DNA of 64,000 nt, from the NCBI RefSeq assembly GCF_006345805.1, contig NC_043003.1:64666001-64730000 (forward strand). Direction: 5' to 3'. Shown here in pieces: positions 43,059-56,050 of the stretch (positions are counted from its first letter, which is position 1; each line of letters starts with the position of its first letter). Below the pieces are notes generated by a model. That model saw only the letters and a program-made list of their open reading frames with translations. It was not told the DNA's origin and did not search any database. This stretch comes from Octopus sinensis. Taxonomy: Eukaryota. The position numbers were made by a program, and so were the translations under genes.

Positions 43059-43291
43059 ATATATATGAAAAAACAAGTCAAAAATAGAAAATGCTAAGAT
43101 GATTTTATAGTGAATCTTTCAGTACCGGTTTCGGTCATTTTGAGACCTTTTCAACTGTAACGATTAAATAATTAAATTTTGAAAAATTTAATTATTTAAT
43201 CGTTACAGTTGAAAAGGTCGCAAAATGACCGAAACCGGTACTGAAGATTCACTATAAAATCATCTTAGCATTTTCTATTTTTGACTTGTTT

Positions 43292-43302
<11 letters not shown>
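43059..43302. repeat. Inverted repeat, arms about 120 bp
   Basis: Centre near 43181. GAAAAAACAAGTCAAAAATAG... pairs with ...CTATTTTTGACTTGTTTTTTC. Confidence 0.97.
43206..43243 (+). ncRNA. Minimal hammerhead with U3-A8 core variant
   Basis: CAG-TTGAAAA-GGTC GCAAAAT GACC-GAAAC-CG-GTA-CTG, with palindromic ACCGGT. Inverted copy at 43120-43157 (-). Confidence 0.7.
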
Positions 43303-43329
<27 letters not shown>

Positions 43330-43639
43330 AGAGAGAGAGATATGTGTGCGTGTGTGTATGTGTGTGTGTATATATATATGTATATATATATATGTATGTA
43401 TGTGTGTGTGTGTGTAAATATATATGAATGTGGGTGTTGTATGAAAAGCAAACAAATGTAAAAAGAAAACAAATATATATACATATATGTATGTGTGTGG
43501 GGAGGGAGTGGGTGTATATGTGTGTGTGTGTGTGCCAAGAAAATACAAGAAAGCTATCTTAGGTAATTTATTTCTGTACTATTGCAGCTGCATGGAATTC
43601 CTGGTCGGAAGAATGGCAATAAATGATTACGTCTATTAC

Positions 43640-43692
<53 letters not shown>

Positions 43693-43795
43693 GTCGTCAT
43701 CGTCATCGTCGTCATCATCATCATCATCATCATCGTCATCGTCGTCATCATCATCATCATCGTCATCATCATCATCATCGTCATCGTCGTCGTCG

Positions 43796-43843
<48 letters not shown>

Positions 43844-44060
43844 ATATCGTCTTGGTTCTCGCCACCGCCACGACCACCGCTACCACGACGACGACCTCCA
43901 GCGCTACAATCCCCAGCGCCAATACCATCATCGTCGTCATCATCATCATCATCATTATCATCATCGTCATCATCATCATCATCACCATCAATACCATCTT
44001 CATCGTTCCCGTAGCCGCATCCACCACCGCCACCACTGCCATTACAACCTCCACCATCAA

Positions 44061-44101
<41 letters not shown>

Positions 44102-44150
44102 CTTTTTCTCGTCTTCATCGTCTTCATTATCATCTGTCATCAGCATCATT
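43640..44150. repeat. (CAT/CGT)n trinucleotide tract
   Basis: Direct inspection. Produces poly-S/H/D/M pseudo-ORFs in multiple frames. Confidence 0.95.
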
Positions 44151-44324
44151 TAGTCACCAAACCTGCTCGAAACAACTGAAAAATTCTTTCAGATACTCAC
44201 TACCATCATAAAAAAATAATAAAGTGCACTTTGGATAATGAAAATCTTTATTATATGGTGGGGGGCGGATGGGGGTTGGTAGGGCTGAAACCCTTAGCTT
44301 ATAAGTGTTACCTATAACTCTTAG

Positions 44325-44370
<46 letters not shown>

Positions 44371-44777
44371 AATATATACATATTTCGCATTACGAATATA
44401 TAAAACGGCAAGGTGGCAGAAACGTTACGGCGTCGGTCAAAGTGCTTATCGGTATTTCGTCCGTCTTTACTTTCTCAGTACAAATTACCTGAAGTCGACT
44501 TGGACTTTCATCTTTTCAAGGCCCATAAAACAAGTACCAGTTGAGCACTGGGGTCAATGTAATAGACTTCTCCCTCCCTCAAAATAGCTGGCCTTGTGCA
44601 AAAATAGGATACGAATATTGCATATGTGTATCTATATGCATGTATGTCTGTATGTGTTTGTGTGTATTTCTATGTATGTATATACATATAGATGGATGGA
44701 TAGATGAATAGAAATGCATATTTGCATGCATGTGTATTATATATATATGCATATATATATTATAAATATATATATTA

Positions 44778-44844
<67 letters not shown>

Positions 44845-45042
44845 ATATATATATATTAATAAAAGGGCTTAGTAAAATAAATTACTTTGCCACATACTGA
44901 ACTCATTAGAAATAGTAGCTAAAAAAACTTTTTTAAAACTATTTTAATACTTAAAGAAAATCTCTCTCATATAGTGTTTGCTCAATTCAACTCACGAAAG
45001 TATGGGGGTAAAGACATTAAAAAATCAAATGCAAAGGTTATT

Positions 45043-45094
45043 TGAGAACGTACGTTTCTAGATTAGTCAACTCGACATTTCTTTCGTCAGCTCA
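45043..45094 (-). ncRNA. Type I hammerhead motif
   Basis: TGAG-CTGACGA-[imperfect stem II A-AGA..GTC GAGTT GAC..TCT-A]-GAAAC-GTAC-GTT-CTCA, with 10-nt palindrome AACGTACGTT. Confidence 0.65.
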
Positions 45095-45297
45095 GAACTC
45101 CTTGGTTTGGATTTGAAAACACTGAAAGTGGGAGCATACCCTTTCGGCTTCTTATCGCTTCTGAAGATCAGTGCCAGCAAACTCAAAATATGCAAGCGAA
45201 GAATTTCTGCTCTCCCCTTTCCACCAGCGTGGGTTAAAATCAGTAAACACTATGCTTTTTCGGTAAAATCCGAAGCATTAAATAGAGAGAGATGAAT

Positions 45298-45479
45298 TAT
45301 AATTTCAACAATTGAGGGTAAAATTAATTAATTATTAATCAATTTCACCAAGTATTCAGTATGCAAAGGGACCATTTAAGGCGAATTCAAATTATTACAT
45401 TCGCCTTAAATGGTCCCTTTGCATACTGAATACTTGGTGAAATTGATTAATAATTAATTAATTTTACCCTCAATTGTTG

Positions 45480-45487
<8 letters not shown>
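45298..45487. repeat. Inverted repeat, arms about 89 bp, 12-nt loop
   Basis: TATAATTTCAACAATTGAGGG...AAGGCGAAT / ATTCGCCTT...CCCTCAATTGTTGAAATTATA. Confidence 0.97.
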
Positions 45488-45546
<59 letters not shown>

Positions 45547-46563
45547 GTATATTTATACACATATATGTATATATGCCCATATATGCATATGACTTTTTGA
45601 GGATATCGTAGAAATCCTTCTACCCATGATATCTTAATTATTCCTAATCATGACAATAGGTTGGTTGGAATTGTTGTGCATGTATATGGCTTCCTCTTTT
45701 TATCTTCTTAATGCTAGTATTTACCAGAGAATAAACGTAGCGTTATGTGGACATACTAGGATATTGCTAATGCTGCTATAAAGGTGATGTTTCAATCGGA
45801 TTATTTGAATTTCCTGATATGTGAATTCATTTCGTGCGAGAAAGATAGTAAACCGGACTTCGCTTGCTTTAACAAAGCTAACAGGGTCCTGGATAGATAT
45901 ATTAAAATTTCATTCATAGCGCCCTTCCAGTCCAGCTTAATACTTACCTACCAATATATACCTACCAACATATACCTACCTACCTACCTACCTACCTACC
46001 TACCTACAGATCTACCTACCTACTTATCTTCCTACCTACAAACATACATGCATATAGTATCGTGTGATATAATTTTATATGACGTTATATATATGTATGT
46101 GTGAAAGAGAGAGAGAGAGAGAGAGGGAATGTGGGAAAGAGAGAGAGAGAGAGAGGGAGTACTTGGCCAGTTTAATTTAAATTACTTCAATTTTATTTCC
46201 CCCGCTCATGTCAGTATGACAAAATCAGCTTTTAAAGCGATTGAAACCGGTAAGATATTTTGATAAAGTTCTCAAAGCATTTTCTTCTTTTTTACTTGTC
46301 AGTTCATACACACACACACATACACATACGCACACACATTTACATATATATATATACATATATACATATGTGTGTATATATATACACACACATATGTGTG
46401 TTTATATGTACGTATGTATGTATATATATACATACATATACATACATATACATATGCGTATATATGTGTATCTTGACGAGTTCTTAACGAACAAAACCGC
46501 TAATAAAGGATTATCCAAAATTCTTACTGCCTCCGTTCTCTCTCTCTCTCTCTCTCTCTCTCC

Positions 46564-46594
<31 letters not shown>

Positions 46595-46907
46595 CAATGC
46601 AATAAATTTTACTTGAAATGACAAAATGTCGAATTTATAACTGTAGCTTGATTAACATATTTAACAGTTTCAAGTTTTAGCACAAGGCCAGGATATTTGG
46701 GGGAGAGTTAAGTCAAGTACATGGGCCCTATTCCTCAACTGGTTCTTATTTTATCGCCCCCTCCCAAGGATGACAGGCAGATTCAACCTCGGTGACATTT
46801 GAACCCAGAACGTAAAGACGGGCGAAATGCCGCTAAGCATTTTACCTAGCGGGCTAACAATTTGCCCAGCTCGCCCCGCCTTAAGTTTGATTGACATATA
46901 AGAGATA

Positions 46908-47715
46908 AACTTAGACTTAGATATGTTTCGACCAGAGATTGGTCCAGGCCATGTCTAACTTAATAGCACCACCTGATAGGATTATTCGAATCCTGTTTAA
47001 GTCAAGTTTTGTTCAAGTAGTGAGTTCTTGTTGGGTGAGTTGTATCTAGTTTTGTTCAAGTAGTGAGTTCTTGTTGGGTGAGTTGTATCCAATTATGGGT
47101 GGCTTATCTGGTATTCTTTGAAGGAATCTATCCAGACTCTGTTTAAAGTTGATGGGATCCTTTTCCTCTTTGATCTCCCTCGGGACAATGTTAAATAGGG
47201 CAGGGCCTGTTGAGGAAAAGAAATTATGTTGCAGTGTACAAGTATGTTGTGATCTTGAATTTGGCAGGGGACGTATAGCCCGTGGTCCAAGTCTTGGATG
47301 AACCTTGAAGCTAATGTTTAGGTCGTTTGGGCAAAGTTGGCGGTATATTTTCCACATCGTACAAATGATGTACCGCTCACGGCGACGCTGGAGGGAGTAA
47401 AGTTTCAAGGCTTTAAGGCGATCCCAATAATCGAGAGCAGCCATGCCTTCAATTTGTTTAGTGAGAGCCCTCTGGGGTGACTCAATTCTGGAGATGTTTT
47501 GTCTTGTGTGAGGAGACCACAGTGGGCAGCAGTATTCAAGGTGTGGCCGTACAAAGGAGGAAAAAAGTGGTATGATGACACCTTGTTCTCTGGACCGGAA
47601 AGTTCTTAAGATCCAGGAACTCATCCTACGAGCTATATCGACCTTCTTGTTGATGTGTGCACTCCAACTGAGATCGTCATCAACAATTACACCCAGGTCT
47701 CTGATATTGTTAGAG
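46908..47715 (-). mobile_element. 5'-truncated non-LTR retrotransposon (CR1/L2-group) RT C-terminus and 3' tail
   Basis: IRDLGVIVDDDLSWSAHI..RPHLEYCCPLWSPH..IESPQRALTK..YWDRLKALKLYSLQRRRER..FKQSLDRFL. 3' UTR has a GACCA-ATCTC-TGGTC hairpin and a (TCTAAG)2 tail. Confidence 0.9.
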
Positions 47716-48052
47716 AGATATCTTATAATTGAAAACCAAAAATGCGCACATGTTCCGTGTGAGCTACATCACAAAGCCATGTCTTTCTATAAGCTTCATA
47801 AAGACCACCCTGGTATATTTGCCATCAGTTGCCGAGTTCTTCGCTCAATGCAGGTTATCTTGCTTTCATCAAATGTACAGGAGCAGACCAGCTTTCGTTG
47901 TATAATCTGCTTTCGTTTCGAAACGCGAATTCTTCGCAGTTTCACCGAATTTTGTTATTCTGACAAGCTTAATTGAATATGCATCTGGTTATCTGACAAT
48001 TTTATTTATTTTGTACGGCATATCATCTGAATGTTTACTATATGCAAATCCA

Positions 48053-48097
<45 letters not shown>

Positions 48098-48169
48098 TAT
48101 ATATATATCTATATATATACATATATAGATATACACATATATATATACTTATGTATATCTTATATATCA

Positions 48170-48228
<59 letters not shown>

Positions 48229-48270
48229 TTATCAATCTATCTATCTATCTATCTATCTAACTAGCTATCA

Positions 48271-48328
<58 letters not shown>

Positions 48329-49236
48329 GTATTTATGTATATACAAATGCGTGTGGTGTGTGTGTGTGTGTGGTGTGTGCGTGTGTGTGATGTGTGCGTG
48401 TGTGTGTTGCGCAATAAATTTAACAATATCGCTTTATTTTTTCATTCTGTCCAAAGTTATAAACTTTAAATGGTGTTCATTTATTTATTATTATTATTAT
48501 TGCTGCTGCTGTTGTTGTTGTTGTTGTTAGACATTATTCGTTTGTAAGTTTGTTCATGGGAACTTTTATCTTCTATAAGTGGTCTTTGTGTTTATTTCTG
48601 GCTATTTAAACGGAAACAAGACAAACTCGAAACGAAAGAAATGAAAGAAGAAAGGAAGATAGGAAGGAAGTGGGACGCACGGGGCGTAGCGGGAGCGAAG
48701 CTGGGGGAAGAGGTGAATCGGCAAACAGATCGGAAGTAAAAATTTGTAGAATTAGATGCGTATGAGTGATTTAACTGAAACAAATCATTATTATCTTTCA
48801 AACAAAAACAATCTGAGAGAAATAACACTGAGAAGTCAGCAGCATGCATGTGAACATAAAGGGATACAGGTATATCAAATACCATACATCATGCGGTAAA
48901 ATATTTTAGTTTTTGTTTTCTTGACCCTGGTCAGTTTTAGTTGAACAGATATAATATCAAAGGTTTTCAATGATTACTTGTAATATATCTTAGATTAGAC
49001 TGACCTTGTCCTGCCTTTTAAAAAATATATTGATACGTGACGAATGGGGTATTTGACTATTATTTCTAGAGAGCAAACGCAGGCGTTGCTGTGAGGTAAG
49101 AAGTTTGCTTTCAAACCCCATGGTTCCGGGTTCAGTCCTACTGCGTGGCACCTTGAGCAAGTGTCTTCGACTATACTTCCTGTATGGTACGAGGTGTCCT
49201 ACTGCTATTTTTAGCGGTTTGAACGACCATATAGAG

Positions 49237-49551
49237 TAGTGGTTCTCAACCGGGCTCCATATGGATCCTGAGGGTCCATATAAGGTTTCGAGGGGCTACG
49301 CAACAAAATAGTAAACTTGGGATCCACATTAAAAATTTTAAGGGTTCCTGAAAAAATTTTGCTTTACGTCTGTGTATTGGTATGAATTACAAGAAACAGC
49401 TAGGTTTCTTTTTTCCCAACATCTTACATAGTCAAACCCACACAAGTTAAATAGGGATTTTCAAAGAAGAACATCGAATGACTATGGAGGTCCACCAGAA
49501 TAAAATAGTAGTCGAAAGTATCCATAAATAAAAAATGGTTGAGAACTTCTG
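49237..49551. mobile_element. hAT (Charlie-like) MITE
   Basis: TIRs TAGTGGTTCTCAACC / GGTTGAGAACTTCTG; TSD decayed. Confidence 0.6.
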
Positions 49552-49579
49552 ATGTAAAAGAAAGCTTCCATGAAAATAA

Positions 49580-50388
49580 TCCTTTTACCAATAGGTACAA
49601 GGCCTGAAATTTTGCTGGAGTGGGGGCCAGTCGATTAGATCGACTCCAGTACGCAATTAGTAATTAATTTATCGAAACCAAAACGATGAAAGGCAAAGTT
49701 GACCTCAGCGCAATTTGAACCCAGAACGTAGCGACGGGCGAAATATCGCTACGCATTTCGTTCAGTGTACTTGGTTCCGCCAGCTCACCGCCTTCCACGA
49801 AAACAATTTTTTCTACTCAAGGCACAAGGTCCGAAGTTTTTGGAGAGTGGTCCAGTTGATTAGATTGACCCCAGTACGCAACTGGTACTTAATTTACCGA
49901 TTCCAAAAGGATGAAAGGGAAAGTTGGCCTCAGCGGAATTTGAACTCACAACGTAGCGACGGGCGAAATACCTATTTCTTTACTAACCACAAGGGGCTAA
50001 ACACAGAGAGGACAAACAAGGACAGACAAACGGATTCAGTCGATTATATCGACTCAGTGCGTAACTGGTACTTATTTTATCGACTCCGAAAGGATGAAAG
50101 GCAAAGTCGACCTCGGCGGAATTTGAACTCAGAACGTAGTAGAAGACGAAATACCTATTTCTTTACTACCCACAAGGGGCTAAACACAGAGGAGACAAAC
50201 AAGGACAGACAGACAGATTAAGTCGATTATATCGACCCCAGTGCGGAACTGGTACTTAATTTATCAACCCCGAAAGGTTGAAAGGCAAAGTTGACCTCAG
50301 CGGAATTTGAACTCAGAACGTAACGGCAGACAAAATACCGCTAGGCATTTCGCCCGGCGTGCTAACGATTCTGCCACTTCGCTGCCTT
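49580..50388 (-). mobile_element. SINE family A multimer (4 units)
   Basis: Repeated GAAAGGCAAAGTCGACCTCGGCGGAATTTGAACTCAGAAC with about 185-205 bp period. Confidence 0.85.
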
Positions 50389-50799
50389 GTTGATGATAAT
50401 AATACCGGAAGAAAGAACATAAAGGGGTTTTCAAGGAAGAAATCAGGTGAGTAGTAAAGACTTAAAAGAAGGAAAGAGCAAAGAAAATAAGCAAAAGAAA
50501 AAAGATGAAAGAAAAGAAGAACGCTATTAATGTTTTACATCATCTTAGCACGTGGAAGCTGTTAATGTGGACGATCTTTAAATGCATTGGACGGAAATGA
50601 TGGCTGATGCGAGTGAGTGAGCCAGAAAAAGTAGGATTACAGTATTGTAGAGATACACTGAAGAATTAATTGCTTCTGGAATTCAGTGACAAATGTAACG
50701 AAGGAATCTATTTCAAATTCTTCAACGAAGCTTTTCATTCGAAATGACTGCACAAAGAGTGCAAAGAATATATGTGTGTATATGTGTGAGTAGTCTAGT

Positions 50800-50883
<84 letters not shown>

Positions 50884-51146
50884 ATCTATCTATATATCTG
50901 TCTGTCTGTCTGTCTGCCTGTCTGCTTGTCTGTCTGTCTGTCTGTCAGTCTGTCTGTCAGTCTGTCTGTCTGCCTGCCAGCCTGCTTGTCTGTCTGTCTG
51001 TCTTCTGTCTTCTGCCTGTCTGTATATCTATCTATCTGTCTGTCTGTTTATCTATCTATCTGTTTGTCTATATATCTATTTATCTATCTACCTATCAGTC
51101 TGTCTGTCAGTCCATCCATCTATCTATCTGTAAGTCTATCTGTCAG

Positions 51147-51204
<58 letters not shown>

Positions 51205-52583
51205 TGTGTCTGTGTGTTTATTGAAATTTCGTTTATGTAAAGCAATAATAATAACCAGTTGTTAGAACTGAAGATACTTTTGCTTTAGAATAACTTGTCA
51301 GGAGACTGCAGAGCATAATATTACCTATTTTTTAATGGCTATCGTGATCTACCAGAATAAAATAGTAATCGAAGGGTTCCATAGATAAAAAAAAAATGGT
51401 TGTGAACCCCTGATGTAAAGGAGGATCATCCATGAAAATAATGCCTTAATGAAAGTAATGTTCTTGGTAAAAGAAGATGCGTTACGTAATCACCTCCATT
51501 AGCTTACGGCTGTTTCTGCTATAGGAATCAGTGCACTCAAAGTTGAGTGCTTGTGCAACATCTAATAACTTTCTCGAAGTCACGAAAATGAAGCGTGTGT
51601 ATATTTCGGAGACAAGCATGCATACTGACGTGCATATACGCATGCATGCAGACACACACATACACACGAAGATACGTATATATGATTGTGTGAGTGAAAT
51701 AAGTATGTAAACAAATTCTATGTCATCGATATGCAAAAAGGAACAAGAGTAACAAGCAGTTTCATCTTCAACAATATTTAAAGTACGTTTTCCATGCTGG
51801 TATGTGTTGGACGGTTCGATAGGATCCGGTGAGTTCCAGAGCAGTGTCGAGCTCACAATATCAACTTTGGCATGGTTTCAATGACTGGCTGCCCTTTGGA
51901 ACTCTAACCATTTTATAGAATAATTGGTTGCTTTTTTTCGTGCCGAAGTCACTAAGTAACTTGGATGATGATAACAAGAGCAGGGAAGAGAAAAACGGAA
52001 AATAAGAAAAAGACCAATGACTAAGTAGAGTGGAGTATTTGAGAAAGGGTTTGTTTTATACGAAGTGTTGAGAGGCGAAAGCACAAGTGTCTTCGCTGCT
52101 CACTGAAACGAACTCTTTCCCAATCGTTAGCCTAGATCAGCTGCAGCATAAATTAGTCATAAATTAGCTAGCACGTAGTGGATAGCCCAATTTTTATTTT
52201 TGTCATTAATTAAACAATATCTCTTTTATGCACAGGACAGCGTAAATCAGAACTGAAATAAATTTAAACACTGCCAAACCTCACTGATGTCGAAATAATT
52301 ATTTCGTAAGCATAGTCTTTCTATACTGTCCACTAATGTGCTAGCTAAATCGATCTTGGGGAAAAAAGGTCGAGTAAATCTTCTTTGAGGAATGCTTTAC
52401 AAACGACAAAACAATCACTCTGGGAATCATAATATTAATATTAAAATTTTCTGGTTTATAGTTTGCTGTGCATTATATTCATACATACACGCACACGCAC
52501 GCACACACGTAAACACTTACACATACACACACATGTGTGTGTGTATGTATATACATATTATATATATATATCTATATATATAT

Positions 52584-52614
<31 letters not shown>

Positions 52615-52826
52615 CTATATATATATATATGTATATTTAATAACCAAGAATAAAATCTTAATAAGATTGTATCAAGTAGCCGGCATATAATGAACCATAT
52701 AGGTGATAATTAATAGGAGTATATATAATTATAGAATATAATTATATTGATAAGGGCACTATTGAGTAGCGTCACAATTAGAAATAGATGCCAAATGGCT
52801 CTACGAATACCTATATACATACATAT

Positions 52827-52913
<87 letters not shown>

Positions 52914-52932
52914 TGTATGTATGTATGTATGA

Positions 52933-52979
<47 letters not shown>

Positions 52980-54616
52980 CATATATAATATATAATATAT
53001 ATATATATATATATCATCATCATCATCATCATTATCATCGTCGTCGTCTTTTAACGTCCGCTTTCCAGTGCATTCGAATGGAGGATGCCCGAGATCCTAG
53101 AAGACACATAGACAGACAGACGGAATCTTATAATCATCTCATGATAACTTTTATGACTCTTATGACTACCTCAGTCCATCTAAATGTATATATTTGTCGT
53201 TACCTGTCATAAAAAGCCTTTTTTTTTTATTTGCAATGTGCATTTTCGTTGATTTTTCATATTTTACTCTTACATTTCCACGTGTATCATATTTTCTTTT
53301 CGTAACATATTTCTACTATATATATATATATATATACGACGGTCTTCTTTCAGTTTCCATCTACCAAATCCACATACAAGGCTTTAGTCGGCTCGAGGCT
53401 ATACTAGAAGACACTTGCCCAAGGTGTCACGCAGTGGGACTGAACTCGGAACCAAATGGTTATCGCTGATAATTATATCTTCATAGTTTATGTTTTTTTC
53501 TAATAAATTCTATAATTAATGCACCAAATTAGATTGGTGTTCGACCTCGGATTTGCGAATTATTTTTGTCACAGGAAATGTATAAGACCGGTTATGAATT
53601 GCTTTGCTAATAGCTGGACAATTTAGTTAGCCGGGTTGGATTTCTACAGAGTGCTTCGAGAGGTATTTTCCGGGATTTAATTCATACTTATTTTCCTTCA
53701 CATACATACATACACACATACATGATTGTGTAGTAAGAAGCTTGCTTCCCAAACACATGGTTCCAGGTTCAGTCCCACTGCATGACACCTAGGGCAAGTG
53801 TCTTCTGCTTTAGCCTCGTGCTGACCAAAGACTTGTGGGTCGATTTAGTTGAGGGAAAATGAAAGAAGCCCGTCGTATATATTTGTATATGTTTGTGTGT
53901 ATATAAATATAGATATATATATATGATATATATATATATACATATAGATATATATATACATATATATATGTATGTATATATATATCTTGGTGGGTCTGTG
54001 TCTGTTCCGCCGACATCGCTTTGGCAACCGATGTCGGTGCGTTTACGTCCCCGTAACTTAGCGGTTCGGCAAAGAGCCCGATAGAATAAGTACTAGGTTT
54101 ACAAAGAGTAAGTCCGGGAATCGATTTGTTCAACTAAAGGCGGTGCTCCAGCATGGCCGCAGTCAAATGACTGAAACAATTAAAAGAATAAAGAACACAC
54201 ACACACATATATGTATGTATATATACTCACATAGGTGCAGGCATGGCTGTGTGGTAAGAAGTTTCCTTCCCAACCATATGGTTCCGGGTTCAGTCCCGCT
54301 GAGTGGCATCTAGGGTAGGTGTCTTCTATGGTAGCTCTGGGTCAACCAAAGATTTGTGAATGAATTTTGTAGATGGATACTGCAAGAAACCGGCATGTGT
54401 GTGTGTGTGTGTGTGTTTGTCCTCTGTACCGACGTTGGTTTGTTTACACTCCTGTAATTTAGCAGTTCAAAAGAGACCGTTAGAATAAGAATCAGACTTA
54501 AAAATAATAAATATTGTAGTCGATTTGTTCAACTAGAACCCCTCAAGTTAGTGCCCCTGAATGGTCGCAGTCCAATGATTGACACAAGTAAAAGGTAATA
54601 TATGCTTTTATATATG

Positions 54617-54648
<32 letters not shown>

Positions 54649-55100
54649 CACACACATACAAACATACATACACACAGATAGTCACACATATGCACATATA
54701 TACATACATACATGCAGGGAGAAGGGAAGAAGAGAAAGAAAATAAAGCGGATCATAGTTCAATGTGTAACTTTAAACATTAGTGAGAGTCGTAACAGAAG
54801 GAATTTAACAGATTATATACAACAGAGTAGTGACGACCTCCTCCTCCTCCTCCTCCCTCCCCCCCCCCACCGCCTCCACCCCTCCTCATCCCCTCTTCTT
54901 CTCCTCCCATCCTCCACCCTCTCCTCATCCCCCTCTTCTTCCTCCTCTCCACCTCCTCCTCCACCCCTCCACCCCTCCTCCTCCTCCTCTTTCTTCCTCT
55001 TCTTCTTTTTCTTCTTCTTCTTCTTCTTCTTCTTCTTCTTCTTCTCCTCCTCCTCCTTATTCTTCTTGTATCATCATCATCATCGTCGTCGTCGTCGTCG

Positions 55101-55149
<49 letters not shown>

Positions 55150-55749
55150 CATTCAGTTAAGTAATGTTACAAGCGTTTAAGATAGCCTTACATAATACGC
55201 TGTATTGTTGGAGATCGCATGAAAGCCGGCGATAAGTGAAATGGACGGCATTGTCGTCAAAGCTTCCTTTATTATCGCTTGCTTTTGGTCATCTTCACTA
55301 AAGTGTTTTCATTATATTATTCTACCATTAAAATAAATAGTAATACTAATCTTAATAACTTACAGTTTTCCGTTTTAGTCTTGTCTTTGTTCGACTTGAA
55401 CAGAAACGGAAAACTTCAGATTACAATTCATCTCAAACATTGAAGAAACGACTTTCGATCGAATTTTGTTTAATGAAGTGGAAGTCGCGGTCAATAATAC
55501 GTAATAAGTTCACGACAGAAGTTGTTATTGTTTTACTGTTGTTTTATCACCAAGTCAAATGTGGTCTAGTGGCTAGGGTGTCGTACTCAAGATCGCAAGA
55601 TCATGGTTTCGATTCCAGGATTAGGCGGTGTGTTGTGTTCTTGAGCAAAACACTTCGTTTCACGTTGTTTCTGTCTGCTCAGCTGTAAATGATTAACCCT
55701 ATGTCAGACTAGGATCCTGTTCAGAGAGAATGTTATGATCATAGTTAAT

Positions 55750-56050
55750 TAATTAGTTAGTTAGTTACTGCTCTCCTTGCCATGAGGCACATAAAACCAC
55801 AACATGATCTCTCCAACCAGCCCTGTTTTCTGCCCTTGTTCTGGTCTCATTCCAGCTTTCCCAACATTATCTCCTTCCCTTGTAAGTGGTCCTTCTCCAT
55901 GTGGTTTTAGGGCGCCTTGCTGCTCCTTCCCCTTCTTGCTGCCTTGGTGTTACCATACAATGGCTATCTCGACCTTGCCTGAGGACGCGTCCGCTCCAGC
56001 CCCAATGTCTACGTCTTATCTCGTCATTGACACCCTTCATCCTCGTTGTT
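55750..56050 (-). mobile_element. RTE-clade LINE 3' relic
   Basis: Translates as EIRRRHWGWSGRVLR..RRPKTTWRRT..AENRAGWRDHVVVLCASW, with an internal stop, followed by a (TAAC)n tail. Confidence 0.75.

Noticed and set aside
43487-44211. Poly-Ser/His/Asp/Met ORFs, including a Met-rich one that might suggest reflectin
   Set aside because: Pure (CAT)n tract open in several frames; no reflectin motif and no splice context.
46915-46965. Hairpin + GAAAC at the LINE 3' end as a hammerhead
   Set aside because: No CUGANGA box; better explained as a LINE 3' recognition stem-loop.
47572-47976. 134-aa plus-strand ORF
   Set aside because: The first third is antisense to the LINE RT and the remainder has no recognisable motif.
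49715-50221. 168-aa ORF with internal repeats; spacing superficially CRISPR-like
   Set aside because: Antisense translation of tandem SINE A units; no unique spacers or cas genes, and the context is eukaryotic.
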